Origin: Octopus bimaculoides
Lineage: Eukaryota
DNA: 64,000 nt
Direction of reading: 5' to 3'
Assembly (NCBI RefSeq): GCF_001194135.2
Contig: NC_068981.1
Span: 41,404,709-41,468,708, forward strand
A program made the translations under genes and the position numbers. Of this stretch, positions 1 to 12,267 are shown piece by piece (position 1 is the first letter of the stretch; every line of letters begins with the position of its first letter). A model generated the notes under the pieces. It was given only the letters and a program-made list of their open reading frames with translations, ran no database searches and was not told where the DNA came from.

Positions 1-438
1 CATACATTGGGAAAATGTAAAAACTACATATTGCTTTTAATTATATCTTTTCTTGTGGAAGATAGGTACCAGTACATAATTGTTAAAGGGGTTCGATGTT
101 AAGAGATTCTAGCTATAAAGCATTTGCTCATAAGAACAAATGCAAAGTCCAGCTTTACAAATCCGTTAGACCCATGCAGGCTTAAGAGAAAGCAGAAGAT
201 AGACTTTCAAAGAAATGGCGGCAATGAATGAATATAAGAGCTTTGGTAACTAGATGTAATGGCAAATTGTAAGAGGAACACTGCTTTAAAATTTACAATA
301 GTCTAAGCAGTAGAAATTAAAAGATTTCTCCAAAATTATAAGAAAAATAATAAAAAATACATAGTATTAAAAGTTAATTGCACAGTCTTCTGCATTTGTA
401 TATCTTTAAAAATATCTGCTGAAAAATATCAAGAGAAT

Positions 439-822
439 AGGCATAGTTGTATGGTTAAGAAGTTCACTTTGCAACCAGATGGTTTCAGATTTGGTCCCAC
501 TGCATGACACCTTGAGCAAGTACCTTCCACTAGAGCCTTGCGCCAAATAATACCTCGAAAGTGAATTTGGTAGAAGGAAAATGGATGAAAACCCATTCTG
601 TGTGTGTATGTGTGTGTGTATACACAAATATGTGTGCGCATAGATGTGCGGGTCTTTGAGCTTGTCTCAGTACTTTACAATCAGTATTGATTTGTTCATG
701 TCCACATAACTTAGTGTATCAGCAAAAAGAGACTGATAGAATAAGCACTAGACTTTAAAATACTGGGGTTGATTTGATCAAATGAACCCTTGAAGGCAGT
801 GCAATGACTGAAAGAGGTAAAA
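439..822 (+). mobile_element. tRNA-derived SINE, family A
   Basis: A-box-like tggttaagaag, B-box-like ggtttcagatt, accttgagcaagt core, internal (TG)n, gactgaaa tail. Further copies at about 1454, 2510, 11240, 11700(-), 19040(-), 20090(-), 34670(-), 41770, 57975(-). Confidence 0.8.
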
Positions 823-2669
823 TAATAGTGTAGAAGAACAGAACTAAACATGCTGTCTAGCTAAGGAAGCAGCTGTTTGACTGTCAGTATCAAGTGTTGA
901 TGGACGTAAAATGGTTTCAGTTCAAATCTATTGAAATCATGAAAATATTTATATGAATTAATGCATATTAAATACTCTCTCTTTCATAAAAAAGACACAA
1001 ATTCTCAATGGTTCTAAACATGCATATTTTCATAAAATAGGACAAATGTTTTTACATCTAAAAGTTTTCCCTGAAACTATTCTTTAAAGAAGAAACAGCA
1101 GTAATTTTCTCATGTAAACTGGAAGATACAATGCTAATGTGCCCAGCTTGGAGGAAGAACACAATATTCATGTCTGAGATTGCACCATCTTACTAAGAGG
1201 AATCACATACAGTAACTGTTCATTTGTTCACTATATATTTCTTATAAATATAAAATAAGGCACAAAATGTTAACTACACAAATTGTATGTAAGAGGTTAA
1301 ATATGGACTGTGCCAGCAGATTGCACAAAGATGGTTAGATTTAGGAGCACGATGTTGGAACATAAAAAAATGGAAACAAACATAATTCACAAACAGATTT
1401 CAAGAAACTACTTAAAAGCAATTCAGATTTTAAAACTGAAATCTTATTTTCAATATGACTGTGTGGTTAAAAAGTTAACTTTACAGACATGATTTTGAGT
1501 TCAGTCACACAGTATGACATCTTGGAAAGGTGCCTTTTACCACAGTACTAGGCTGACTAATGCCTTGTGAATGAATTTGGGAGACAGAACTGTACAAAGC
1601 CCATTCTATATACATACATACATATATATATGCATACATTTATGCATGTGTGTGTGAATGCTTAGATTTGTGCTTCTCTGAAAATTTGCTGAGCTACAAA
1701 CAATGTTATTTCCTTGTCCACAAATCATTCACACACTCTGCACTTTTGAAGACATATGGAGTAAGAGATCCCTTTCTCACAAAACATGTAAGGGTTAGTG
1801 ATAGGAAAGGCATTCAGCTGTAAAACAATGCCTCACTATTATATATAAATCTAATCCTTCACAGCATGAAAAATGGACATAAAAATGAAGGAATTCCTCA
1901 AAATTGAAAATCCAGTCATACTACTACACTACTAGGATTTTAATGGACATGAACAGGTCATTTATTTTATTTCACAAATGGGGAGCCATTTAAAATATTT
2001 ATCCTCTTGCCCTTCCCTTCTCCATTGACAAAATAGTCTTAAATCTGGATACAATACAGAGATCATAAAATATCTAAGGTTTCTAAACACATAACTAAGA
2101 AAATGCTTTCAAAAATAGCAATGGGTATCTTGACAATGTTATCTGGTAAAATTGTTTCCTTATTCACGAAAGAAAAAAAAAATTTAATCTCATATTTCTG
2201 ATAATTTCACCGAGGAAAGAAAATAAATCACTGGCTAATGAATTGTATGCATGCATCTGTCTGCTCAAATCATTCAGTCTGAATATTCTCCAATACAGAT
2301 TGCATATGTATCTGTGAACATGTTTATGAATTCATGTATGCAAAAGAATGTATAAGGAAAGGGCAGACATTTTAATAAACAGCAAAAAATTTTAAAAGGA
2401 ATAAGTTAAAAGTCTATAGCCATGCAGGAGCGAATCATGAATTAACCACAATACACTTATAAGTTTTTCCCTTTTTGGAGGAAGGGGTGGAGGAGAATTA
2501 GTTAGACACACATCATGGTTGTGTTGTTAAGAGATCCGCTTCCCAACCATGTGGTTTCAGGTTCCATTTCATAGTGTGACACCTTGGGCAAGTATCTTCT
2601 GCTAGAGCTATGTAGGCTGGCCAAAGCCTCATTAATAGCTCTGGTAAACAGAAATTGAAAGAAACCCAT

Positions 2670-2701
<32 letters not shown>

Positions 2702-2959
2702 ACCTTGTCTTGACATGATGCCATAGTTGTAAACAAGCATCACCACTTGCCTCCAATCTTTTGTGAAGACATGCCTGGCCATAAGGAAATATTACCTTGC
2801 TTGGAAACAGGTGAAGGCATCTGGCTGCAGACAGTCCACTTCAACAAATTTTGTTTGATACATGCAAGGATGGAAAAGTGGATGTTCAAACAATGATGAC
2901 ATCACTAGATGTGGTCTTCTGTCATTATGACCTTAATCATAACCACTATGCTTTCTGTT

Positions 2960-3340
2960 TGGTTTGCAAAAGAACAGTATTGAGTGATCTGTTTTCTGTG
3001 GAATGAAGGTGTAAAAAGAGTCAAAATCCACCAAATGCTTTCAATACAGGAACTGAGTTTACTGCTATGGACTGTCTACAAATAGATTGAAAATTAAAAT
3101 ATGGTCATATATGTAATGCAACAAGGAACCGGTTTCCCAACCACATCCTGTGCTGATCACGAACGTATTGAATGTGTCCATAATAAGGTTCTGTTGAACA
3201 GATGGGTAACTACTGATGAAGTGGTAAAGAATATGCAAATTTGTACTGGTTCTGATTATGAAATAATCCACAAGAGACTAGGCTATGTTTATCATAACAA
3301 TTGATGTTTCAAATTTGAACATGTCCCACAATGACTAGAG
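2960..3340 (+). mobile_element. Decayed mariner transposase N-terminal fragment (irritans-like)
   Basis: EQY*VICFLWNEGV..IHQML and GFPTTS...RIECVHNKVLLNRWVTTDEV...QICTGSDYEIIHKRLG match the mariner HTH region. Confidence 0.7.
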
Positions 3341-3494
3341 AGAGACATCTGATGCACACACAACTAATTTTCTTGTCAATAGGGAAAAAAATTTAAGTGG
3401 ATTGCAGGTAATTAATGATACATCTTCATATATTATTAAGTAATCAATCAAAAAGATTTGAGTGATCAGCCAATAATTTGTAAGGATGTAAATT

Positions 3495-4966
3495 CTAGCC
3501 ATAAAATTTCAACAGACCAGGAATTTCAATGACAAAAAGTTGACCTACAGAGTTAAAAGCCAGTGAAACAGGTTGTTCAATTTCATCCTCATCTGAAAGA
3601 TAAATACTATCAAATGTCATTTCTGGGGTAAATTTATAAATTCTATTGCTATCTTTATCTGCTAAGTAGATAAAACCATCTGCATCTAGAGTAACACCTA
3701 AAGGACATTGTAACTGGTTGACACCATAGTCACCAATAAAGGCTGAAGAAACCCTACCAGATTTATCACAACAAAATAAACTTTTTTTTTTCCAATCTGA
3801 AACAATAAATTTTTGATGACAACTGACGGTTATATATTCAGGTTCACAAAATAGTGGTCTGCGTTCATTTTCAAACCCAATTGTTTTGATCAGAACTCCA
3901 TCATACAAAATATCTATAGCAGGTGGATTTGAAGAACAACATACTAGAGTCATTTTAGATTCATCATAGGCCACTGCCCAATATGCCTTCGCAACACTTA
4001 GTTGTTTTTTAAGGGTCATTGTTTCAGAGACAAATGCAATTTTCAAAATATCTGGAAGCGTAACAACTACTTCGGACAGACTGGCTATGTAATCGATTCC
4101 GTAGGGGCCAGACATCAGCTCACAGCAAGTTAAATGGTTATCTTTAGTAATCATTTTCAGCTTCCTGTTTGTGTAATCACTGACTACAACAGAATCCTGT
4201 GCAGTTACACATATACCAGTCAGATGAACACTAAGCTCAGAATCCATTAAAAGGTTAGTACTGTACCTAAAAGACAATCGCCGTGTGCTTGAAAGCTTTC
4301 TCGTTGGAGAGAATACTTCATGAGTAAAAATGTCAGACTGCGTGGAATCAGTAAGCTTACCAAGATTTGAAGTGTGGCGGAGAATGTCCCACACAGCAGC
4401 TCCCGGTTCAAAATGAATATCAGAAATATGAATATTTTCCAACTTAGTTTTTATTTCTCTATGCTGAGAGGTGTTTTTGGTCATAAAACTTGAAACATCA
4501 TCCCAAATCTTTAAGAATTCCCTTTCTTGGGAATTTTTCACTGATAAGGCACTATTTATCACCTCAACCTTTGTATTTAACATTTCAATACTATTATCAC
4601 AATCTTCTTGTATTTTTTTCAATAAATTTATCTTAATCAGGGAGTTAGTGTGTACTTGATCCAGAAGTTTTTCTTCCTGCTCCAAAAGGAGCTTGTTAAC
4701 ACGAATCCGAATTGACTGAATTCCTTGCTTAAGAGTGTCCCCATGGCTTTTGTTCTTGTCCAGTTTCTTTGTGATAAGCTCTCGTAGATAATTTATATTG
4801 TCCTTTTGGAGACTCAAGATGGAGTTATAAACTTGACCCAACTGCAATTTGTTTTCGACAGCTAATTTCAAGGGATAAACTTTTTCACAAAATTCATGGT
4901 CTACAGATGCACACTTATCACAGCAAAATGCACTACATTTCAAGCAGTACAAATTTTGATTTTTAT
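3495..4966 (-). CDS. TRIM-NHL family E3 ligase, coding exon 2 (rest of B-box 2, coiled coil, NHL repeats, stop)
   Basis: Acceptor TTTTCTAATTTCAG|ATAAAAAT (AG at 4968-4967). G+AT restores Asp and gives a canonical B-box 2 CPKHPDKNQNLYCLKCSAFCCDKCASVDHEFC. Heptad-rich coiled coil, then NHL-type blades (LTGICVT..VVVSDYTNRKL; CPLGVTLDADGFIYLADKDSNRIYKF; QPVSLAFNSVGQLFV). TAG at 3497-3495. 511+1472 nt = 660 aa plus stop. Confidence 0.93.
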
Positions 4967-7194
4967 CTGAAATTAGAAAACAAAAAAATATTAATACAAC
5001 TATCAAGAGAAATAAATAAAAAAGAAATAAAATTACAACACACATGCCTCTGTGTGTATGCACCCACTTAGACAAGTTAATTATAAGTTTATATCATTAT
5101 CATTTATTATGCTCCCACTGAAAATAGCCATATCAAAAGTGTGTGCGTGTGTGCATGTAAAACTAGCAGAATAGGATTGATATGTAAAATTACTGTTCTA
5201 CATACCAATTACATTTTAGTCAAAATACACAAAATATGTATTATCAGTTCAAATGGCTTAAAGAAAATAGTAACTAACATAATAATGCTGGAGGAGGAAT
5301 TTGTGACATGGTAACAGCTGGTTTAGAGTTAAATACATTTTGACAACTACATGTATCATAAACAAAGCAAAGGCCAAACCAAGTGAGGCTTTACATAGTT
5401 GGTCTATCTACTTAAAATAGTAGCCAAATTTCCAAATGACACTATAGTAGTATCTTAAAAAGTAAAGGAAATATTAGGTAATTTGATCCTGAACATGCAA
5501 AAAGTCATAGCTGGAATGAAAAGCATTCCAGCTATGACTTTTTTTTGCATGATCACAGCATGATCAAATTTGCATGATCATAGTCAACCTGAGATAATAA
5601 TAATAATTAAAAAAAATAAGTATTTGTTGTATTTGGGGTCACAAAAGTGTAACGAAAGAACTCTGGCCGAAATAAGCTTAATGTAATATAAAGCTGAAGC
5701 AAATTAACACCAAATATATAGTGCGTGTATTTTTATTGGCTAAACTGGCAACATGACCATCCCCAAATACAACAATATCTGTTTCAACACACGATTTCAC
5801 ATCAAGAATCTTGCAAAACAAATATATAAACGGAATAAAAAATAAGTGCTATATGAGAATTGAGATAGTGTGTAGGCAGTGATGGCACAAAGATTTATAG
5901 AAACTGGAATGGATAGAGAAGAGTATGATCTACTACATATATATTAAACTGGTGAAAACAAAGTAAACATGAATTTTAAAATATAAATATCAAAATATAT
6001 GGGATGTATTGCTGCAGAAATGTTATGTGATTGGTAAGAAAAGAACAACAACTATGCAGTGGAAGATAACTACAGTAAATAAAATCCAAGATGAAATAAT
6101 GCAAGATTGAGAGAATGCAAAATTAGCATCTTCAGATATTTCATTCACTAGAATCTGTTGTAGGTTAAGATTTATAATTCATTTATTAGAAACTATACAT
6201 TAAAGAATATAAACATTTTTTTGCAGTTGTTATATAATAAAAATGTTTAACACTTTATATCAACACCCCTGAAGCCACCTACAGTTCAATAATATAAAAT
6301 GCTCTATTTTAGAAGGTTTATATTTAAAATGCAATTTATCATAATTTATATGCAAGGAATACTTTTCAAGAAATGTTCTGAGCAAAAGCTTAATAGCAAA
6401 GTTATTTTGTTTTTACTAAACCCCCTTCAAATTTAAACAGTTAATTGAAACACAATGCCACTATGTTCCATAAGAAATCATCATCATCATTTAAATCTCC
6501 ATTTTCCATGCCAGCATGGGTGAGTCACAAAATGATTAAAGGTAACATCTTAGTGTTTTGCAATTCTTTATCATAATAGTGTGGTTAATAAGTGTGACCT
6601 GCATATTTTCAATCAAAAATATAAATTAACACTCCTACAACAACATGCTTTATCTAGTTTCTAAATTTAACTACTCTAAACAGGTCGTTTACAACACTTT
6701 ATTAGCCATCTTTTCCTTTTAAAAACAGAACTTTAAGAAAAAAGATAGTTTTGAGCGTTAATGTGTAGTAATTACAATCATAAATTAACAACATGCCTAC
6801 ACATCATTTTAAGGTCCAAATCTTCAAAATTCTAAATATACCCTTTCAGTTTGAAGAGGTTTTTTTTGCAACAGTAGGAGTCCTCCCATACAAGTAATTA
6901 GGTCTGATGTAAAAATAGCACTCATAAACAAAAACATAATTTTTTGGTAATGATATTATGACTAGTGTAAGCAAAGTGGATAACTATCTACATCTTAAAA
7001 TTAGATTAGTTTAAACAATTTGTGAGCTTTTTTTATGTTAAGAAGTTCTGTAACTTTAAATATTTGAAAGGATTTGGGAATAGATGTTTTAAATGGAAAC
7101 TTTTTTGAATACTATCTCATATTTAATCATTAAGTAAATGCAATATTTCAAACTGGTAAAATTAAAATCCTTTAAAAACAGATAAGTGATGAGG

Positions 7195-7580
7195 CACTGG
7201 CATGGCTGCATGGTTAAGTAGCTTGCTTTGGAACCACATGGTTTCAAGTTCAGTCTCACTGCATAGCAGCTTGAGCAAGTGTCTTCTAATATAGCCTCAG
7301 GCTAACCAATGCCTTGTGAGTGAATTTAGTAGATGGAAACTGTGTGGAAGCTCGTAATATATACATCTATGTATGTATTTCTTTGTGTCCGTGTTTGTCA
7401 TTCTCTCCACCTAACTAGTGTTAGTTTCTTCACATCCTCACAACTTAGCAGTTTGGCAAAACAGACAGAACAACTACCCAACTTAAAAAATAAAAAATGG
7501 GGTCAATCTGTTCAAATAAAACTTTTCAAGGCAGTACCACAGCATGGCCACATTCTAATGAATGAAACAAGTGAAAGATA
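7195..7580 (+). mobile_element. tRNA-derived SINE, family A
   Basis: ggcatggctgcatggttaag...gttcagtctcactg...gaaacaagtgaaag. Confidence 0.8.
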
Positions 7581-9025
7581 AAGAATAAGAATTCTATCGT
7601 TTTGAATAGAAAGCCTTTTTATTTCCAACAATCTGATGTGAATTTAATATAACCTTCAAATTATTTCTCCAAACAGTGTAAAGTTTTCTTCAAATCACAT
7701 TATAAAAAAGTTAAACTATGCTCATGTAGCGAAATCATTTCAAATTTAAAAATAAATTCCAACTGACGTAAAATAGGTTAGAAGTTACTTGAAAGAAGAT
7801 ACAACATACAATGAATTTGAAAGATAACTGCCAATTAAAACTCCCAGTAGATTAACTTTTTAAAGAATATACTAATGTCAGCTGTTATCTCTGCAAAGAA
7901 TACAGTTCTATGTTTAAGTATAGCAAGGCAGTGAAAAATACCATATGTATGCAAGAGCTGATAATATCTACTATTTCAAGACAAGATTCAAATGAAACTA
8001 AATATAAAATGATTAAGAAAAAGTGGCCAATTGAGTTAAGCAAGCAAAATTATAACCTTGCAAACCAGTCTTTAATTTAAAACAGTATATTACACAGAAA
8101 TTTTATTTATTCAAAATATTGTTCAGGTAGCTCCATCATCATCATTTAACATCTGTTTTCCATACAAGCATTGGTTGGACAGTTTGACAGCAACTGGCAA
8201 ACCTGAGAGCTACACCAGGCTCCATCTGTCTGTTTTGGTATGGTTTCTACAGCTAGATGCCCTTCCTAACACCAACCACTCCGAGAGTGTACTGGGTACT
8301 TTTTATGTGGCAGGGTCACCAAGTAGCTTGGAAGACGAAAACCTCTCAGCTAAGAGAGGAAAGTGGCTGTGTGCCAGGTGAGAAGTTAGAGTATAATAGA
8401 GGGACAGAGATAGTTCTTACTGTAGAGGAAATATCTGGCTACCCCAGTAAGATAGGAAAGGTGGAGGAGAGAGAGAGAAATATATGGTGTCATAGATGTA
8501 TTGGGGGCTATCTACAGGGAACAGTGAGGAGGAGTATAAGTAGTACAGCAGGGATAAGAGTGTGATGAGAATATTCCATAAAGTGTGAGGAAAGATGTTT
8601 ACAGATGGGGAAGACTAGACAGTCCTGATACAAGGTATGTGACAATGTATAGATTATTTTGTTTGGACAGAATACATAAAAAAAAATTAAATAGGATCTT
8701 TGAGAGACAACTATTTAGCAGATTCTTTCACAGATCTTGAGTAAGGCCAGTTAATGAACTATTGGTGACACAGAGAAATACACTCCTAACATCGTTAAAA
8801 AATACCAACAATTCACACACACACACACACACCAGGGGAAAACAAATTCAAAAACAAGCTACGTTAAGCCACCCAAAATGAAGTCCTCTAGACAAGTCTG
8901 ATAGTGAATAAAAAATATTTAGTCTATAATTGTTAGGCCACAAAATATATAACCTGCCTATGCTACACATTTATAATGAGCCAGGGGCAACAGTATATCT
9001 TGCCAAACTAATAATAATGAACTGA

Positions 9026-9068
<43 letters not shown>

Positions 9069-9499
9069 TATATAAATGCAGCACAACCTCAAGAAATTTT
9101 GTAACAGAAACTACTTTAACATTACAGTTCTATACCAATTGTCAAAATTGTTATGGTTACTGTATTAAGTTTATATCTGACTAGACAATTACTCATTGTT
9201 GCCATTGCATTAGCAACCTAATTCCAATCATACTGCATTGACATACTTGTTAACTTTGGTGCCCATAACATATCATCTAGAACATGGACAGTTCTCAGTT
9301 CATTACTGAAAAGTTAACTTACTTTGCAATGCAATGTGGAAAAAAGATTGCAAGCCTATGATGACAATAAATAATGAAGCCAAATTGTTTTTGTAGTATC
9401 ATCAGGAAGCTCTGTTGAGTGAAATTACAATTTCATTTTACTGTATTAGAGAAACTAATTTTAAATTAGTAAGATTAAACCAAATTGTGGGTTTAGTGA

Positions 9500-9790
9500 A
9501 AATTTTTACATGTTTTCGAGCGAGATCGTTGCAAGTGCCCCTGGACTAGCTCTTGTGCGGGTGGCACATAAAAGACACCATTTCGAGCGTGGCCGTCTTC
9601 GTGCGGGTGACACGTAAAAGCACCCACTACACTCTCTGAGTGGTTGGCGTTAGGAAGGGCATCCAGCTGTAGAAACTCTGCCAAATTAGATTGGAGCCTG
9701 GTGTAGCCATCCGGTTGCACCAGTCCTCAGTCAAATCGTCCAACCCATGCTAGCATGGAAAGCAGACGTTGAACGATGATGATGATGATT
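9500..9790 (+). repeat. RTE 3'-UTR/tail repeat (young copy)
   Basis: Near-identical to 39935-40240 (+) and 61622-61926 (-); ggttggcgttaggaagggcatccagctgtagaaactctgcc core and (GAT)n tail. Confidence 0.85.
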
Positions 9791-10042
9791 TCAACCCAAT
9801 ACTGACAGCTAGTTTTTAGTGTAACAATAAAGACTTCTTAAAGTAAGACTCAGCAACATAAACACATAACTAATATAATACATAATCTCCTGATGTTCAC
9901 ACAATACCCATCAGAACTGTATAGTTGGTATATGAAACCTTTGACTTCAACTTCAAGTTTTTGTACTACCAACTCCAACTAACACCTCTCTTAGGCTAAT
10001 CAAATATACATTTCTTATACTATTTGAAAACACAATATATAT

Positions 10043-10370
10043 CATCATTTAACGTACACTTTGCTTGCTGGCATGGGTTGGATGGTTTGACTGAGGACTG
10101 GTGAGCTAGAGGCTGCACCAGGCTCAATCTGATCTGGCAAAGTTTCTATAGCTGGATACCCTTCCTAGCACCAACCACGCTGAGAGAGTAGTGGATGCTT
10201 TTACGTGACATTGGCACAAGGACCAGTCAGGTGGTTCTGGCAACAACCATGCTCAAAAGGTGTCTTTTACGTGCTACCGGCATGGGGGCCAGTCCAGCAG
10301 CACTGGCAACGATCATGCCCAAATGTTGTTTTTTCACGTGCCGGTAAGGCGACGCTGGCAACAATCACGT
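10043..10370 (-). repeat. RTE 3'-UTR/tail repeat
   Basis: Inverted relative to 9500-9790. Other copies at about 8135-8290 (-), 21120-21380 (-), 32720-32980 (+), 50410-50550 (+). Confidence 0.8.
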
Positions 10371-11230
10371 TAAAGAAGGTTTTCACCCACATAAGGTGTT
10401 ATCTGTTTGGTGTGATATGAAAAGTTTAGTCCACTTTGAACTTTTAAACACAAACCAAACGATAACAAAGGAGATCTACTGCAAGCAGCTTAAGTTAGCA
10501 CTAGAAGAAAAACAACTGTCTCTGGTTTCAAGACGAAAGGTGTTCTTCCATCAGGATAACACTCAGCCACATACAGCGAAGATGACATACCAAAGGCTGG
10601 AGCAGTTTGAATGGGAAACTATGCCAGACTCACCATATTTGCCAATGTTTCTCCTTTCCTTACCCACTGTCTTCAGTGCTTGATACTTTTATAGAGAACC
10701 CATTACTCATTACCTGTCACTTTTGATCCAAAAAAAACGTTCATTTGTTAGACATGACAACGAAGAAGAGCACACATTCACTCTTTGTGTGTGATTACTC
10801 AGAAAGTTTGTCAGGAACCCATTGACCCAATTTGCTGACTTTTCTGATGACATGTGGATGTCGATGAATGGTTGAATGACCAAATCCAAGCCGCTCTGCT
10901 AGTTCCTCAACAGTTATGATGGGATTTTGTTCCATCAGGGTTTGCAGGATGTGCCCATCGAGCTCTATATATCTTCCAGGACGAGGTTCATCTTCTAGGC
11001 TGTAGTTTCCAGCTCAGAATTTCTCAAACCACCATTGACACTGGCTAACACATTGTCCAATCCTCATATATTGCATTAATATTCCTCGCACTTTCTGTTG
11101 CCTTTATTGAACTCCTAAAGCAAAACATTGCTCCATCTGATTATCATTCATTCCACACTCTTCAAAATCATTTGGACAGGAAAAGATATGAATTCTGTAG
11201 ACGAGGTCAGAACAGTAATGGAGGAGTAAT
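10367..11230. mobile_element. Internally rearranged mariner transposase relic
   Basis: Plus 10367-10644: HPHKVLSVW...FHQDNTQPHTA...WETMPDSPYLP. Minus 11123-10645: QWWFEKF*AGNYSLEDEPRPGR...QWVPDKL...TGNE*WVLY...WVRKGET. Plus 11124-11230: NIAPSDYHSFHTLQNHL. Confidence 0.85.
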
Positions 11231-12060
11231 GAGTATGTGTGTGTGTGCATTTATGTGTGTCATTGTATCCATGTTTGTCCCCCACTGTCATCGCTTGACA
11301 ACTGATGCTGGTGTGTTTATGTCCCTATAACTTAGCAGTTTGGCAAGAGACTGATAGAAGAAGTACTTGGCTTACAAAAAAAAATCAGTCCTGGGACTGA
11401 TTTCTTCAACTAAAACTCTTTAAAAGGCAGTGCTCCAGTATGGCCACAGTCAAATGACTGAAACAAGTGAAAGAATATAATCATTGTCATTGATGATTAT
11501 ATGCAGACACTTTACAATGCACACATGGGTCGGATGAAATTCCCTGAGGTAGATGTCCTTCCTTATCACCTGTTTTGAAGTAAGGTAACATTTCTCCCTA
11601 ATCCTCTAAACATAATCAGATATGATTTCTTGGAAAATTACATATGAATGGCACCGCTTGTATGATAGTGATGTTTATTTACAACTAGCATGTGATGTTA
11701 AGACAAGGAGTCAAGAGCACACACATCATGCATATATACACCAGGCTTCTCTCAGTTTCCATCTTTCAAATCCACTCACAAGGCTTTATTTTACTCAAGG
11801 CAAGAGTAGACGGCATTTGTCCAAGTTCATGCCATGGAATTGAACTCAAAACCCCATGGTTGGAAAGTTAATTTGTATCAGTTTGCTTGAGCATAGAACC
11901 AAATCAGGTACACCAGTATCTATCAAGTAAATTATCCAAAATTGTGGAGCCTGACATAATTATACCAGAGTTGGTTTGGCCTTAAAAACATAAAATGCAT
12001 TCCATCAAACCTTATTTGGTATCATTTTAAAATATTTCGCCTTTTGTATTTATTTCAGTT

Positions 12061-12267
12061 TTAACCCTTTCGTTACTGTGTTTCTTTCAATTACTTTAAA
12101 TATAACAAAGAATTTAGTAAAATAACTTAGTTATCATTCAGCTAGTGTTATGAACATAAATTGTGACTAAGGTTTGGTGGAAGATTTTCATTCAAAACTT
12201 ATGAAAACAAGATATTTGTACTCAGAGCCAGATTCGGTTTCAGCCAGGTTTGTATCAAAAAGGTTTA
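12061..12267. mobile_element. piggyBac-type MITE
   Basis: TTAA-CCCTTTCGTTAC ... GTATCAAAAAGG-TTTA; TIR 9 of 12 with a near-TTAA target. Confidence 0.6.

Noticed and set aside
4967-5075. Hydrophobic N-terminus of the 526-aa ORF (VVILFLFYLFLLIVVLIFFCFLIS) as a signal or transmembrane segment
   Set aside because: It is the translated polypyrimidine tract of the intron. The ORF starts at TTG, and splicing at 4966 restores B-box 2.
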